Assembly: GCF_038871235.1 (NCBI RefSeq)
Contig: NZ_JAVZIN010000007.1
Coordinates: 1-64,000 of the forward strand
Length of the DNA: 64,000 nt
Direction: 5' to 3'
Source of the DNA: Candidatus Hadarchaeum sp.
GTDB taxonomy: Archaea > Hadarchaeota > Hadarchaeia > Hadarchaeales > Hadarchaeaceae
Shown here: positions 18,709-28,142 of the stretch, one piece after another
Position numbering within the stretch: the first letter of the stretch is position 1
How the letters are laid out: every line of letters begins with the position of its first letter
Position numbers and translations under genes: made by a program
The notes under the pieces: generated by a model
What the model was told of the DNA's origin: nothing
Databases searched by the model: none
What the model saw: only the letters and a program-made list of their open reading frames with translations

Positions 18709-20478
18709 TTGGCCATGCCTAGACTCGCGGTAATACGGCAAGATTTCTGTCAGCCGAAAAGATGTTCATTAGAGTGCCATCGCTTTTGTCCCGGCGTCAG
18801 AACCGGTGATGAGACGATAGTAGTTGACGAAAAGACGGGCAGGCCGGTGATATCGGAGCAGCTGTGCAGCGGTTGTGGGATCTGTGTGCATAAGTGCCCC
18901 CTGAAGGCGATTTGCATCATTAACCTTCCCAGCCAGCTCGAGGGCCGCTGTGTTCACCGCTATCAACCCAACGGCTTCGCCCTCTTTGAGTTACCTATTC
19001 CGCGCGCCGGTAGCGTCACCGGGCTGGTGGGTCCGAATGGGGTGGGAAAGACGACGGCGCTTCAGATCCTAGCCGGACGCTTGAAACCCAATTTAGGTAA
19101 GGAGGAGGCGACCCGGAAGGAGTTGATCGAATTTTTTAAGGGCTCGGAGCTTCAGAACCACTTCAAAAAAATCGATGAGATCAAGATAGTTTACAAGCCG
19201 CAGGCAGTCGATGACCTGCCCAAGGCCGTCAAGGGAAAACCCCTGAAATTACTTGAAAAAATTGACCAGCGCGGCGTGGTGAAGGAACTGATTCGCTCCC
19301 TAGCGCTCGAGGAGTTTCTTGATAGAGAGATAAGGATGTTGAGCGGTGGGGAAATGCAGCGTTTGGCCATAGCGGCGGCGGTTGCCCGGGAGGCCGACAT
19401 TTACTTTTTCGATGAGCCCAGCTCACACCTCGATGTTCATCAGCGCTTGAACGCGGCGGCGGTGATCAGGTCGCTGGCAGCCGCGGGCAAGGCAGTCATG
19501 GTTGTGGAGCACGACTTGGCGATGCTGGACTATGTTTCCGACTATGTGCACGTCCTCTATGGTAAACCGGGAGTTTATGGAGTTGTCTCTTCTCCACGAG
19601 GCGTCAGAGGCGGGATAAACGTTTTTCTCGATGGTTATCTTCCTGAGGAAAATATCATGTTCCGGAGGGAGCCCATAAAATTTGAGTTGAGGCCGCTTTC
19701 AAAGGTCGGGTCGGGTGGGAAACCACTTTTGAGTTATCCCCGGTTGGTCAAGGCCTTCAAGGATTTCCGGCTGGAGGTTTCACCGGGCGAGGTTTTTGCC
19801 GGTGAGGTGGTTGGAGTTGTAGGCCCGAATGCTGTGGGAAAAACCACCTTCGTCCGCATACTGGCCGGCGAAGTTAAGCCCACCTCTGGCAAAATTGATT
19901 TTAATTTTTCCGTGTCGCATAAGCCACAGTATCTGAAGGCTGATTTTGATGGCACAGTTGAGAAATGGTTGCATGAACAGCTGGGTGATTTTGACCCCTC
20001 CTTTGTCCCGGATATTCTACAACCGCTCGAGATAGAACCGCTGATGGAAAGGGAACTGAGGAGCCTAAGCGGCGGTGAGTTGCAGCGCGTCTCAATAGCC
20101 GCTTGTCTGGGGCGCCGAGCCGACCTTTATCTGCTTGACGAGCCTAGTGCCTATCTAGATGTGGAGCAGCGGTTGAATATGTCCAAGTGCATCAGGAGAA
20201 CCATGGAGAAGAAGGAAGCCGCAGCCTTCGTGGTAGATCATGATGTGCTCAGCATCGATTACATCTCGGATCGATTGCTGGTTTTTACCGGTGAACCCAG
20301 CAAGGAGGGCAGGACACATGGCCCCTTGGGGATGCGCGATGGCATGAACCTCTTTTTGAAGGAGGTGGGCGTGACCTTCCGGAGGGACCCCCAGACCGGA
20401 CGCCCGAGGGCCAACAAGCCCAACAGCGCCCTGGATAGGGAGCAGAAGGCGAGGGGTGAGTACTTTTATCTTCACTGA
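18709..20478 (+). CDS. rli: Ribosome-recycling ATPase ABCE1/Rli1
   Basis: N-terminal 2x[4Fe-4S] domain (CQPKRC..C...CP; CSGCGIC...CP), two ABC domains (GPNGVGKTT, LSGGE) and FRRDP..GRPRANK. Confidence 0.96.
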   Translation: MAMPRLAVIRQDFCQPKRCSLECHRFCPGVRTGDETIVVDEKTGRPVISEQLCSGCGICVHKCPLKAICIINLPSQLEGRCVHRYQPNGFALFELPIPRAGSVTGLVGPNGVGKTTALQILAGRLKPNLGKEEATRKELIEFFKGSELQNHFKKIDEIKIVYKPQAVDDLPKAVKGKPLKLLEKIDQRGVVKELIRSLALEEFLDREIRMLSGGEMQRLAIAAAVAREADIYFFDEPSSHLDVHQRLNAAAVIRSLAAAGKAVMVVEHDLAMLDYVSDYVHVLYGKPGVYGVVSSPRGVRGGINVFLDGYLPEENIMFRREPIKFELRPLSKVGSGGKPLLSYPRLVKAFKDFRLEVSPGEVFAGEVVGVVGPNAVGKTTFVRILAGEVKPTSGKIDFNFSVSHKPQYLKADFDGTVEKWLHEQLGDFDPSFVPDILQPLEIEPLMERELRSLSGGELQRVSIAACLGRRADLYLLDEPSAYLDVEQRLNMSKCIRRTMEKKEAAAFVVDHDVLSIDYISDRLLVFTGEPSKEGRTHGPLGMRDGMNLFLKEVGVTFRRDPQTGRPRANKPNSALDREQKARGEYFYLH

Positions 20479-20496
20479 TAAAGTTAAGGTGATAGC

Positions 20497-20766
20497 ATGG
20501 GAGTCGCCGAGGATATTAACTGGCTGAAGGCCGACGAGGCTGGGGTTGGTAAGGTCTTTACCATCATCGCCAAACAAGGCGGTTTAAAGCTGCGTGAGCT
20601 CAAGGAGCTTTATGGTTCCGAGGACTGGTGGCCGGTAAAGGCACACCTCAGCGCCCTCATTGCCAGAGGACTAGTGACTGAGTTTGAGGGAATTTACAAG
20701 CTAACCGAGGATGGCAAAAAGGTGCTGGAGAGCTTTAAGGCGATGGAGGTTGTCAAGGCAATTTAA
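20497..20766 (+). CDS. Small winged-helix hypothetical protein
   Basis: GGTGAT SD and a wHTH-like end (LIARGLV...YKLTEDGKKVL). Confidence 0.65.
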   Translation: MGVAEDINWLKADEAGVGKVFTIIAKQGGLKLRELKELYGSEDWWPVKAHLSALIARGLVTEFEGIYKLTEDGKKVLESFKAMEVVKAI

Positions 20767-20999
20767 GTTGAAATATCCGTGACGTTTCCGCCCTTGAGCA
20801 GGACGAATCGGTGTTTTATCGGTCCTTTTTCCGTTAGCTCCTCAGTGTTCTCTAAGATCATGTTCATATGTTCATCGTAACTCGTCAGCTTACCCCGGAA
20901 TTTTCTACCGTCCTTTACCGTTACCAAAATAACTGAGTTGAGCAGTTTCTCGATTCCGGCGATGGTTTCGACATCCTGAGATTCAATTTCCACTTCCAT
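20763..20999 (-). CDS. Sm-like (Lsm/SmAP) protein
   Basis: Sm1 VKDGRKFRGKLTSYDEHMNMIL and Sm2 VLLKGGNV. Confidence 0.88.
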   Translation of the reverse strand: MEVEIESQDVETIAGIEKLLNSVILVTVKDGRKFRGKLTSYDEHMNMILENTEELTEKGPIKHRFVLLKGGNVTDIST

Positions 21000-21117
21000 G
21001 CAGATCCAGAAGTAATGATGTAATTACTGCCTAAAATATTGTCTCCCGGTCTTCGAACAATAGTTTCGGCTACCCCCCTCCTCAAAAAACGCTTGAATAG
21101 TCACGGGAAGAGGTCAG

Positions 21118-22065
21118 ATGGGGAATGATGAGATGGTTGAACTTGAGGAACTTGAGGGAGTAGGTCCAGCAATTGCCGAGAAACTGCGCGCGGCCGGTTA
21201 TGATTCTATTGAAAGCATCGCCGTGGCTACTGCTGGTGACCTGATGGAGGCCGCCGAGATTGGATTGAGGGTAGCGATGAAAGTGATAAACTCGGCGCGG
21301 GATGCTTCGAAGATGGGTTATGAGAAGGCCATAGAGGTCTTGGAGAGAAGAAAACACCTTGGTCGCGTTACTACAGGCAGCCAAGGCTTGGATAAAATAT
21401 TGGGCGGAGGAATTGAGACTCAAGGCGTAACTGAGTTCTTTGGCGAGTTTGGTTCCGGTAAATCACAGATAGCTCACCAGCTCTGTGTTAATGTACAGCT
21501 TCCGCCTGAGCAGGGTGGTCTGGTCGGGAAGGCGGTTTACATAGATACTGAGAACACCTTTAGACCGGAGAGGATTTCCCAGATGGCGATAGCTCTGGGC
21601 GAGGATCCTCAGAAGATACTCGATGGAATCTACGTGGCTAGGGCGCACACAACAGACCACCAGATGCTGCTGGCCGAGAAGGCTGCTGAGATTGCCAAGG
21701 AGGACGGTGTCAAGCTGTTGGTGATAGATTCTCTGACGGCGCTTTTCCGCACCGAATATTGCGGGAGGGGTGCCCTCGCGGAGCGACAGCAGAAGCTGGG
21801 GCGCCACATCGCTGAGTTGCACAAGCTGGCAGAACTCAACGACATCGCCGTCTTCGTCACCAACCAGGTGCAGGCGAGGCCGGATATTTTCTTTGGTGAC
21901 CCAACGAAACCTGTGGGTGGCCACGTGCTGGGCCATGCGGTCACCGCTCGCATATATCTTAGAAAGGGCAAGGCCAACACTAGAACGGCGCAGCTAATAG
22001 ATCACCCGGGATTGCCTCCTGAAAGTGCAACTTTTCAGATAACTGAGGCTGGCATAAGGGACTGA
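21118..22065 (+). CDS. radA: DNA repair and recombination protein RadA
   Basis: N-terminal Hh[34 protein letters not shown] and GGHVLGH. There is no intein. Confidence 0.97.
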   Translation: MGNDEMVELEELEGVGPAIAEKLRAAGYDSIESIAVATAGDLMEAAEIGLRVAMKVINSARDASKMGYEKAIEVLERRKHLGRVTTGSQGLDKILGGGIETQGVTEFFGEFGSGKSQIAHQLCVNVQLPPEQGGLVGKAVYIDTENTFRPERISQMAIALGEDPQKILDGIYVARAHTTDHQMLLAEKAAEIAKEDGVKLLVIDSLTALFRTEYCGRGALAERQQKLGRHIAELHKLAELNDIAVFVTNQVQARPDIFFGDPTKPVGGHVLGHAVTARIYLRKGKANTRTAQLIDHPGLPPESATFQITEAGIRD

Positions 22066-22123
22066 GGTTATTAGGCCGAGTTTTGCCATTCTAGCCCGGA
22101 GATAGGCTAGGCGATTAGAGCAG

Positions 22124-23041
22124 GTGCTGATAAACCGGTTCCATTATCTTTTTGAAAGGAGCCACGCCTATGCTATTGGTGATGTTCTGGGTTTCAAGCT
22201 CGAGGCGCAGGGGCTGGAAATCGAGATCGGAATCAAGCCCGTCGGCGGGGTCTACATCCATGAGGAGATAATTCCAAGGATGCTGGACCAACTTATTTTA
22301 GACATGAAGCAAAACGCTGAGGTGAGAAACCCCATTGTGGTTGACCGAAATACCTCTGTAGTGCTCGACGGCATGCATCGTGTAGCCGCCATCAAGAAGC
22401 TGGGATGCCGCTATCTGCCCGCGTGTTTGGTCGACTACCGCAGCCCAAGGATTCAGGTCGGCTGCTGGTACCGCGTGGTTCAGGACTGGGTGAGCGATGC
22501 AAGGCTTTTGAATATTTTCATTTCTCTAGGGTTGAGCGTTGAACCTTCTTCCTTTGATTCGGCTTTAAATGAGCTTGAGGCTAGAAGGGCCACCGCTGCC
22601 CTCTTCACGGCAAGAAATTGCCATTTGATCCGGGCGCCGAAAACCGATATCGTTGAAAGCTACCGGTGGGTAAAACGTTTTGAATCCATCGCTGAAGAGC
22701 AAGGCCTCCACATCGGTTATGAGATGGAGCACGATGCCGAGTGGCAAGTTCGGTCAGGGAAATGCTCTGCTGCCCTCTTGGTGCCCAGGACGACCAAAGA
22801 AGAGGTGATCAGGACAGCTTTGTCAGGCATGGTCTTCACCCACAAGACGACCCGCCACATCTTGCCCGCCCGCCCAGTTAATGTCAACGTTCCCCTTGAC
22901 TGGCTGATGGGGGAAAAGCCCATGGAGGAGGTGGAGAGGCTTTTGGTGGAATACCTTTCGGGAAAAAAAGTGATGAGGCTTTCCAAGGGCAGTTTTTACG
23001 ATGGCAGGCGCTACGATGAGGAGCTTCTGGTTTTCAGGTGA
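22124..23041 (+). CDS. ParB/Srx-fold protein, SerK/SbnI-like free-serine kinase candidate
   Basis: IHEE, PIVVD..VLDGMHR, VDY...WY and HKTTRH motifs. The start is uncertain. It is coupled to apgM by a GTGA overlap. Confidence 0.6.
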   Translation: MLINRFHYLFERSHAYAIGDVLGFKLEAQGLEIEIGIKPVGGVYIHEEIIPRMLDQLILDMKQNAEVRNPIVVDRNTSVVLDGMHRVAAIKKLGCRYLPACLVDYRSPRIQVGCWYRVVQDWVSDARLLNIFISLGLSVEPSSFDSALNELEARRATAALFTARNCHLIRAPKTDIVESYRWVKRFESIAEEQGLHIGYEMEHDAEWQVRSGKCSAALLVPRTTKEEVIRTALSGMVFTHKTTRHILPARPVNVNVPLDWLMGEKPMEEVERLLVEYLSGKKVMRLSKGSFYDGRRYDEELLVFR

Positions 23042-24243
23042 ACCAATTGGTGGATAGAAAGTTCGTGATAGTTGTCGGGGATGGCATGGCTGACTATCAG
23101 GTGGAGGAACTCGGCGGAAGGACGCCGCTGGAAGTGGCAGACAAGCCCAATATGGATTATTTGGCCAGCGAGGGAAGGATGGGCCAGGTTAGCACCATCC
23201 CGCATGGAATGGCAAAGGATTCCGCCGTCGCCGCTCTTTCCATCCTCGGCTACGATCCTAAAAAATACTTCACCGGACGTGGCCCTCTCGAAGCCGGTTC
23301 CATGGGCATCGACCTAGGCCCAAAAGATGTTGCTTTCAGGTGTAACTTGGTTACGGAGAGGGACGGTAAGCTCGTCGATTATTCCGGTGGCTGCGTCACC
23401 ACCGAGGAGGCCGCGCAACTGCTTGCCGAGTTGCAGAGGCAGGGGCTGGGTGAGTTTCACCTCGGCGTTAGCTATCGGCACATTTTTGTCCTGCGGAATG
23501 CCGAGATCAGCAAAGGGTGTTCTCCCCCCCATGAGATCGTTGGTGAGCCGATATCTGAGCACCTCATCAAATCCAAGGATAAGGTCTCTCAATCTCTGAA
23601 CAGGCTCATTTTGGCGTCAAGGGACATATTGGGCAGCCACCCCGTCAACCTGAGGCGGATAAAACAAGGTAAGAATCCCGCCAACATGGTCTGGCTCTGG
23701 GGCCCGGGCAAGCGTCCCAATCTGGAGCCCTTTGAGAGGAGGTACGGGGTCAAGGGAGCCATAATTTCGGCGGTGAACGTGATCAACGGCATTGGGGCTT
23801 GGGCTGGCATGGAGATCATTAAAGTTCCCGGCGCCACGGGATACTATGACACCAATTACGAGGGTAAGGCCGATTATGCGCTGAAGGCTCTAAGGCGCAG
23901 GGACCTTGTCCTCATCCATGTGGAGGCGCCGGACGAGGCAGGTCATGCAGGTGATGCTGAGATGAAGATAAAAGCTATAGAAGATTTGGATCGGCGTCTC
24001 CTAGGCAGGATCATCAAAAAAGGCAGAGAAAATGTCATTTCGGTTCTGCCTGATCATCCCACGCCGATTAAGGTCAGAGCACACACGTCCGATCCGGTGC
24101 CTTTTATGATATTTGTCCCGGGCGCAAAGGGCGACGGGCTCAGGTTTACCGAGGCCGATGCTGAGAAGGGCTCACTGGGTTTGATAAAGGGATCGGAGTT
24201 CATGAAGCTGGTCCTGTCATTGGGCTCAGCCGATGGCTCCTGA
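23038..24243 (+). CDS. apgM: 2,3-bisphosphoglycerate-independent phosphoglycerate mutase (archaeal type)
   Basis: GDGMAD, TPLE, DS..A, GRGPLEA, HVEAPDEAGH, PDHPTP and HTSDPVP. Confidence 0.92.
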   Translation: MNQLVDRKFVIVVGDGMADYQVEELGGRTPLEVADKPNMDYLASEGRMGQVSTIPHGMAKDSAVAALSILGYDPKKYFTGRGPLEAGSMGIDLGPKDVAFRCNLVTERDGKLVDYSGGCVTTEEAAQLLAELQRQGLGEFHLGVSYRHIFVLRNAEISKGCSPPHEIVGEPISEHLIKSKDKVSQSLNRLILASRDILGSHPVNLRRIKQGKNPANMVWLWGPGKRPNLEPFERRYGVKGAIISAVNVINGIGAWAGMEIIKVPGATGYYDTNYEGKADYALKALRRRDLVLIHVEAPDEAGHAGDAEMKIKAIEDLDRRLLGRIIKKGRENVISVLPDHPTPIKVRAHTSDPVPFMIFVPGAKGDGLRFTEADAEKGSLGLIKGSEFMKLVLSLGSADGS

Positions 24244-25390
24244 GCGTTTTTCTCAGCAGGATCATCGCCGCAGCCTGAGCCGAGATGGAAAATAAGACAG
24301 CAATTTGAGCCAAGTTGTTATCCATGAGAAAACCAAAAATGGCACCGCTGACGAGAAAACCAAACCCGTAAAAAGTGTGGAAGACCCCGTAGGCCGATCC
24401 CCTTACCTCTATCGGCGTGAGATCAGTCACGGCGGCCCTGTAGATTGACTCGTGCATTCCAAAAATTATTCCGAAGAAGATTGCCGACAGAATGACGAAT
24501 TCCAGCCCGGGCATGAAGATCAGGGTCGAGGGGAAAACGGAGAGCGCGAAGGGAAGGTAAAGCAGCTTTCGGCCTATCCGGTCGTAGAGATAGCCGGCCA
24601 ATGGCGCCGCCGCCGCGTCCACGGTTTGGGCGAGCAAATAAATGAGGGCCACCAACCAGGGCAAGGTTTCCGGTGAAGCCCGGTAGAGGATTAAGCCAAT
24701 TGATACCAAACCCATCGCGTTTAGCGACACTGAGATCGCGTAGATAATAAATTCACTTGGAAGTTCCTTAAAAGTGGATCTTTTTTCACTGACGGTCGGT
24801 ATCGTGATGAGTGGCCTGATCCTGAGATAGATAAGAAAGAGCATGATAATCATAAGGAGGTAGGGAATGAAAAGGGCCGAGAAGGCAGCGCTGAAGTTCT
24901 CCCCGGTCGCGAATAGGGTCGCAGCGACAATCGCCGGCCCTGTTATTGCCCCGATCTGATCCAGCAGCTCGTGAATGCCGAAGGCCTTACCGCTGCCTAT
25001 ACCTTTGGTAGCGTAGGAGAAGACGGTGTCCCGAGCTGGAGACCTCACCGCTTTAGATAGTCTTTCTATTAGGACAAGAACCATGGCTAGAGGCCAGCTG
25101 CCCGCCAGCGCCAGCAGCGGGACGGCTATCAGCAGCGAATACCCGATGATGAAGATCGTCCAGTAGGATCTTGTCTTGTCGGAGAGGATGCCGAAGATCA
25201 TCCTCAGGGCGTAGCCGAAGAACTCACCCAAACCTAAGATCAGACCAACGATAAAGGCAGAGGCACCGAAGCTGAGGAGGAAGGGTGAAATGACGCTCCT
25301 CGAACCCTCGTAGATGATGTCCCCAAGTAGGCTGACGAGGCCAAATGTGAGGATGCTTAAAGCGGCGACTCGCCTAGGCTGCATGTTCAT
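24200..25390 (-). CDS. MFS transporter
   Basis: About 12 TM segments with GILSDKT, RSPARD, GYLYDRIGRK and RGSAYGVF. Confidence 0.9.
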   Translation of the reverse strand: MNMQPRRVAALSILTFGLVSLLGDIIYEGSRSVISPFLLSFGASAFIVGLILGLGEFFGYALRMIFGILSDKTRSYWTIFIIGYSLLIAVPLLALAGSWPLAMVLVLIERLSKAVRSPARDTVFSYATKGIGSGKAFGIHELLDQIGAITGPAIVAATLFATGENFSAAFSALFIPYLLMIIMLFLIYLRIRPLITIPTVSEKRSTFKELPSEFIIYAISVSLNAMGLVSIGLILYRASPETLPWLVALIYLLAQTVDAAAAPLAGYLYDRIGRKLLYLPFALSVFPSTLIFMPGLEFVILSAIFFGIIFGMHESIYRAAVTDLTPIEVRGSAYGVFHTFYGFGFLVSGAIFGFLMDNNLAQIAVLFSISAQAAAMILLRKTLRSHRLSPMTGPAS

Positions 25391-27246
25391 CCGCCGAAGA
25401 AGATCGGGCGCAGCGATAACAATCGGTTCATGGCGAGGGGCCTGAAGGGCATCCCTTTGGTCAGTTGCTTAATTTCAGCGGAGAGCTCCTCCATGGTCAG
25501 TAATTTAAGTCCCTTCTCTCCTCGTACCCTGACTGGAATTTTTTCCGATCCTAATTCCTTGTCACCGATGACGATAATGTAGGGCACCCACTCTCGCTCG
25601 GCATCCCTCACCTTCTTTGAGACAGATTCCTCTCTGTCGTCGATGTCAACTCTTATCTGGTTCTTCTCAAGAGCCTCAGCGATTTTATTGCAGAAGTCAA
25701 GGTGACGGCTGGCAAGCGGCACGATTCTTACCTGAGTCGGCGCGAGCCAGAGGGGCAAGCAAGGTACTCCGCCCGCCATTTGGGCCTTGGCAGCCTCCTC
25801 CAAAATCGCGTAGATCCACCTCTCGATAGAACCGATGGAGGAATGCAATATCACGCAGTTCCGTTTTTCACCTCTTTCATCAACATAGCGAATATCATAG
25901 CGTTCCGAGTCCTCGAGGTCAAGCTGGATGGTGGAAAGCTGGGCATTTCCACCCACCGAGTCGATCATCTGAAATTCATGTTTTAGGATCCAGTAGTGTT
26001 TTCGTTCGGTGAGAAGCTCAATCAGGGCCGGGCGCTTGACCAGTTGCAGCAGACGGACGATGAAATCTTTGTTCTGGCGATAGAAATCCTCGACCACACG
26101 AAAGACCACCACATATTCAACTCCCATTGAACCTACCATCTTAACATAGACTTCAAAGAGCCGTTCATATTCCTCCAATCCCTGCTTCAAGTCAAGGCAA
26201 AAGCAGTGGATGTCGGGCATGGTGAAAGCCCTGAGCCTCTTCAGCCCCACGGTTTCACCGCTCTGCTCAAGCCGGTAGGACGGGGAAAGCTCGAAAACCC
26301 GCACCGGCATCTGCTTGTAGGTCATTAGGGTGTTCTTCATCATCTTGAAAAGTCCAAAGTCTCCGGAGAACCTCAGGATGAGTGTTCGGTTGGGTAGTCT
26401 GATCTTGTAGTCCTTTTGCAGGAACTTGGCCGCTTGCTCGGCTATGTCCGGTTCATCGGCGCGGTAGAGTACTGGAGTTTCTATCCTGACAGCACCGATT
26501 TCTGCAGCGATTTGCGAGGCGAAGTCCTCCAGCAGACCCTTGATGAGGGCGCCGTTGGGATAGAAACGGAAGTGTCCGGTATCGCTCGCTGGCTCGTAGT
26601 CCACCAGCTCCAGCCGCCGCATCAGCTTGATGTGGGCCGGTTCTCCTCCCGGCTTTTGTCCCAGTTCCTCGCTCAAGAGGTATTGCTTGAGCAGCGGGTT
26701 TTTCATCAGCGGCTGGCAAGATTCGATCTCGGCTAGGTTTAACTCTTGTTCACCACCTTCGGGTGTGAGGAGGATCCATTTACCCGGTGCGGCCCTAGCG
26801 ACCAATTCTGCGGCTACAGGGGCTTCCGAGGTAATGGTACGGGATAGCTCTGAAAGAGGATGTCCCTTGCAGCTGATGGTGAATGCCTTGTACCAGCCAA
26901 AGGGCAGCCGATGGACTTCAAGACCGTGTCCTCGGAGTTCCTCGGCGGTGGCATCGAGCAGTTTGATGGCTGTTTTAGGTGAGGCAAGCGAGGAACTCAG
27001 GTGAGCATAGGGATAGATAGCGACCCTTTGCGCCTCCACTTTCTTTGCGATGTTGAAGATCTCCACAGCGGCATTTTTAGCCACTTGTTTGATGTTGTTT
27101 TCGTCGGCTTCTTCAGCGGCCGAGAAGACAACGAGCACATCATCGATTTGTCCCGAGCACTGCTCAGGTCTGATTTCCTCAGCTGCGGGTGTACGTTGCT
27201 TTACCTCGAACTTGAGGTAGTCGGCATGTATCAGCAGGATTTGCAA
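25387..27246 (-). CDS. thrS: Threonine--tRNA ligase (archaeal type with N-terminal editing domain)
   Basis: MQILLIHAD, YPYAHLS, PFGWYK.F..CKGHPLSELSR, RLRAFTMPDIH and LHSSIGSIER. Confidence 0.96.
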   Translation of the reverse strand: MQILLIHADYLKFEVKQRTPAAEEIRPEQCSGQIDDVLVVFSAAEEADENNIKQVAKNAAVEIFNIAKKVEAQRVAIYPYAHLSSSLASPKTAIKLLDATAEELRGHGLEVHRLPFGWYKAFTISCKGHPLSELSRTITSEAPVAAELVARAAPGKWILLTPEGGEQELNLAEIESCQPLMKNPLLKQYLLSEELGQKPGGEPAHIKLMRRLELVDYEPASDTGHFRFYPNGALIKGLLEDFASQIAAEIGAVRIETPVLYRADEPDIAEQAAKFLQKDYKIRLPNRTLILRFSGDFGLFKMMKNTLMTYKQMPVRVFELSPSYRLEQSGETVGLKRLRAFTMPDIHCFCLDLKQGLEEYERLFEVYVKMVGSMGVEYVVVFRVVEDFYRQNKDFIVRLLQLVKRPALIELLTERKHYWILKHEFQMIDSVGGNAQLSTIQLDLEDSERYDIRYVDERGEKRNCVILHSSIGSIERWIYAILEEAAKAQMAGGVPCLPLWLAPTQVRIVPLASRHLDFCNKIAEALEKNQIRVDIDDREESVSKKVRDAEREWVPYIIVIGDKELGSEKIPVRVRGEKGLKLLTMEELSAEIKQLTKGMPFRPLAMNRLLSLRPIFFGG

Positions 27247-27331
27247 ACCAGCACCGCGGGAACTTGATTTTGTAAATTTAATAACTTATCGTTTCAAAGG
27301 CACCGAAACAGCGTTTAATTCAAAGGGCAGA

Positions 27332-28105
27332 ATGGAATTGGTGCTGATGAGAAGATTTTGCTATAAATGTGGGGCATTCGAGGACGATGCCGGACCGTTG
27401 TTGCAGGGGCTCTGCCAACGCTGTTTTTCCGACCTACCGCTAATGGAAGTCCCCGCCGAGATTGAGGTGGTTCTCTGTAGGGATTGTGGGGCTATCAAGA
27501 TCGGAGGAAGGTGGCAATCTCAGTTCTCCGGAGAGCCGGTGAAAGAGGCGGCGCGGCAGGCGTTGCTCCATTCCGTCCGCGTGTTGAGTTATACTGATTC
27601 CGAAAAGCGCCTTCTTAGAGCCGCTGAAGCGCCGGGCCTTCGGTTTGAGGTGGAGCCGCGGTTGGAAGAAAGCTTGGTGGTGGTCAGGGCTTCGGGCAAG
27701 CTTCACCCACTACAGAAAATTCCCAAAATTGAGGAGCACGCCTTGAAATTGGACTTGAAATATACTACCTGTGATGTTTGCAGGTTGAAAAGGGCCAAGC
27801 ATCATGAGGCGATTTTGCAATTGCGTGATTTTTCTTCGACTGAAAAGCGACTTCAGATTCAAAGAGAAGTGGAAAAGATAGTCGCCCAATTAGGGAAAAG
27901 TGAGCCTAGGAATTTTATCGCCAACTTCAAGGAACAGCATGGTGGCTTGGACTATTACCTCAGTTCAGTGAATTTGGGAAGGAAGATAGCGGCCTTGCTG
28001 AAGGAGAGGTTTGGAGCTACCGTTATCGAAAGCGCGAAGCTCATCGGACGAACAAGAGACGGGCGGAAAAAATATCGTGTTTCAATTTTGGCTAGATTTA
28101 TGTAG
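27332..28105 (+). CDS. nmd3: NMD3-family ribosome export/biogenesis protein (short form)
   Basis: Four CxxC pairs (CYKC, CQRC, CRDC, CDVC), EAILQLR and KLIG...G..KYR. The start may be ATG 27347. Confidence 0.85.
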   Translation: MELVLMRRFCYKCGAFEDDAGPLLQGLCQRCFSDLPLMEVPAEIEVVLCRDCGAIKIGGRWQSQFSGEPVKEAARQALLHSVRVLSYTDSEKRLLRAAEAPGLRFEVEPRLEESLVVVRASGKLHPLQKIPKIEEHALKLDLKYTTCDVCRLKRAKHHEAILQLRDFSSTEKRLQIQREVEKIVAQLGKSEPRNFIANFKEQHGGLDYYLSSVNLGRKIAALLKERFGATVIESAKLIGRTRDGRKKYRVSILARFM

Positions 28106-28142
28106 TTGTTTATAAAAAGTTGAAATAATAACTTTATAGCTG

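Noticed and set aside
21118-22065. Possible intein in RadA, a frequent intein host
   Set aside because: The Walker A region GEFGSGKSQ is continuous and the length is a normal 315 aa.
22091-22110. Hairpin CTAGCC-N8-GGCTAG after radA
   Set aside because: It has only a 6-bp stem and no following T-tract, which is insufficient to call a terminator or RNA.
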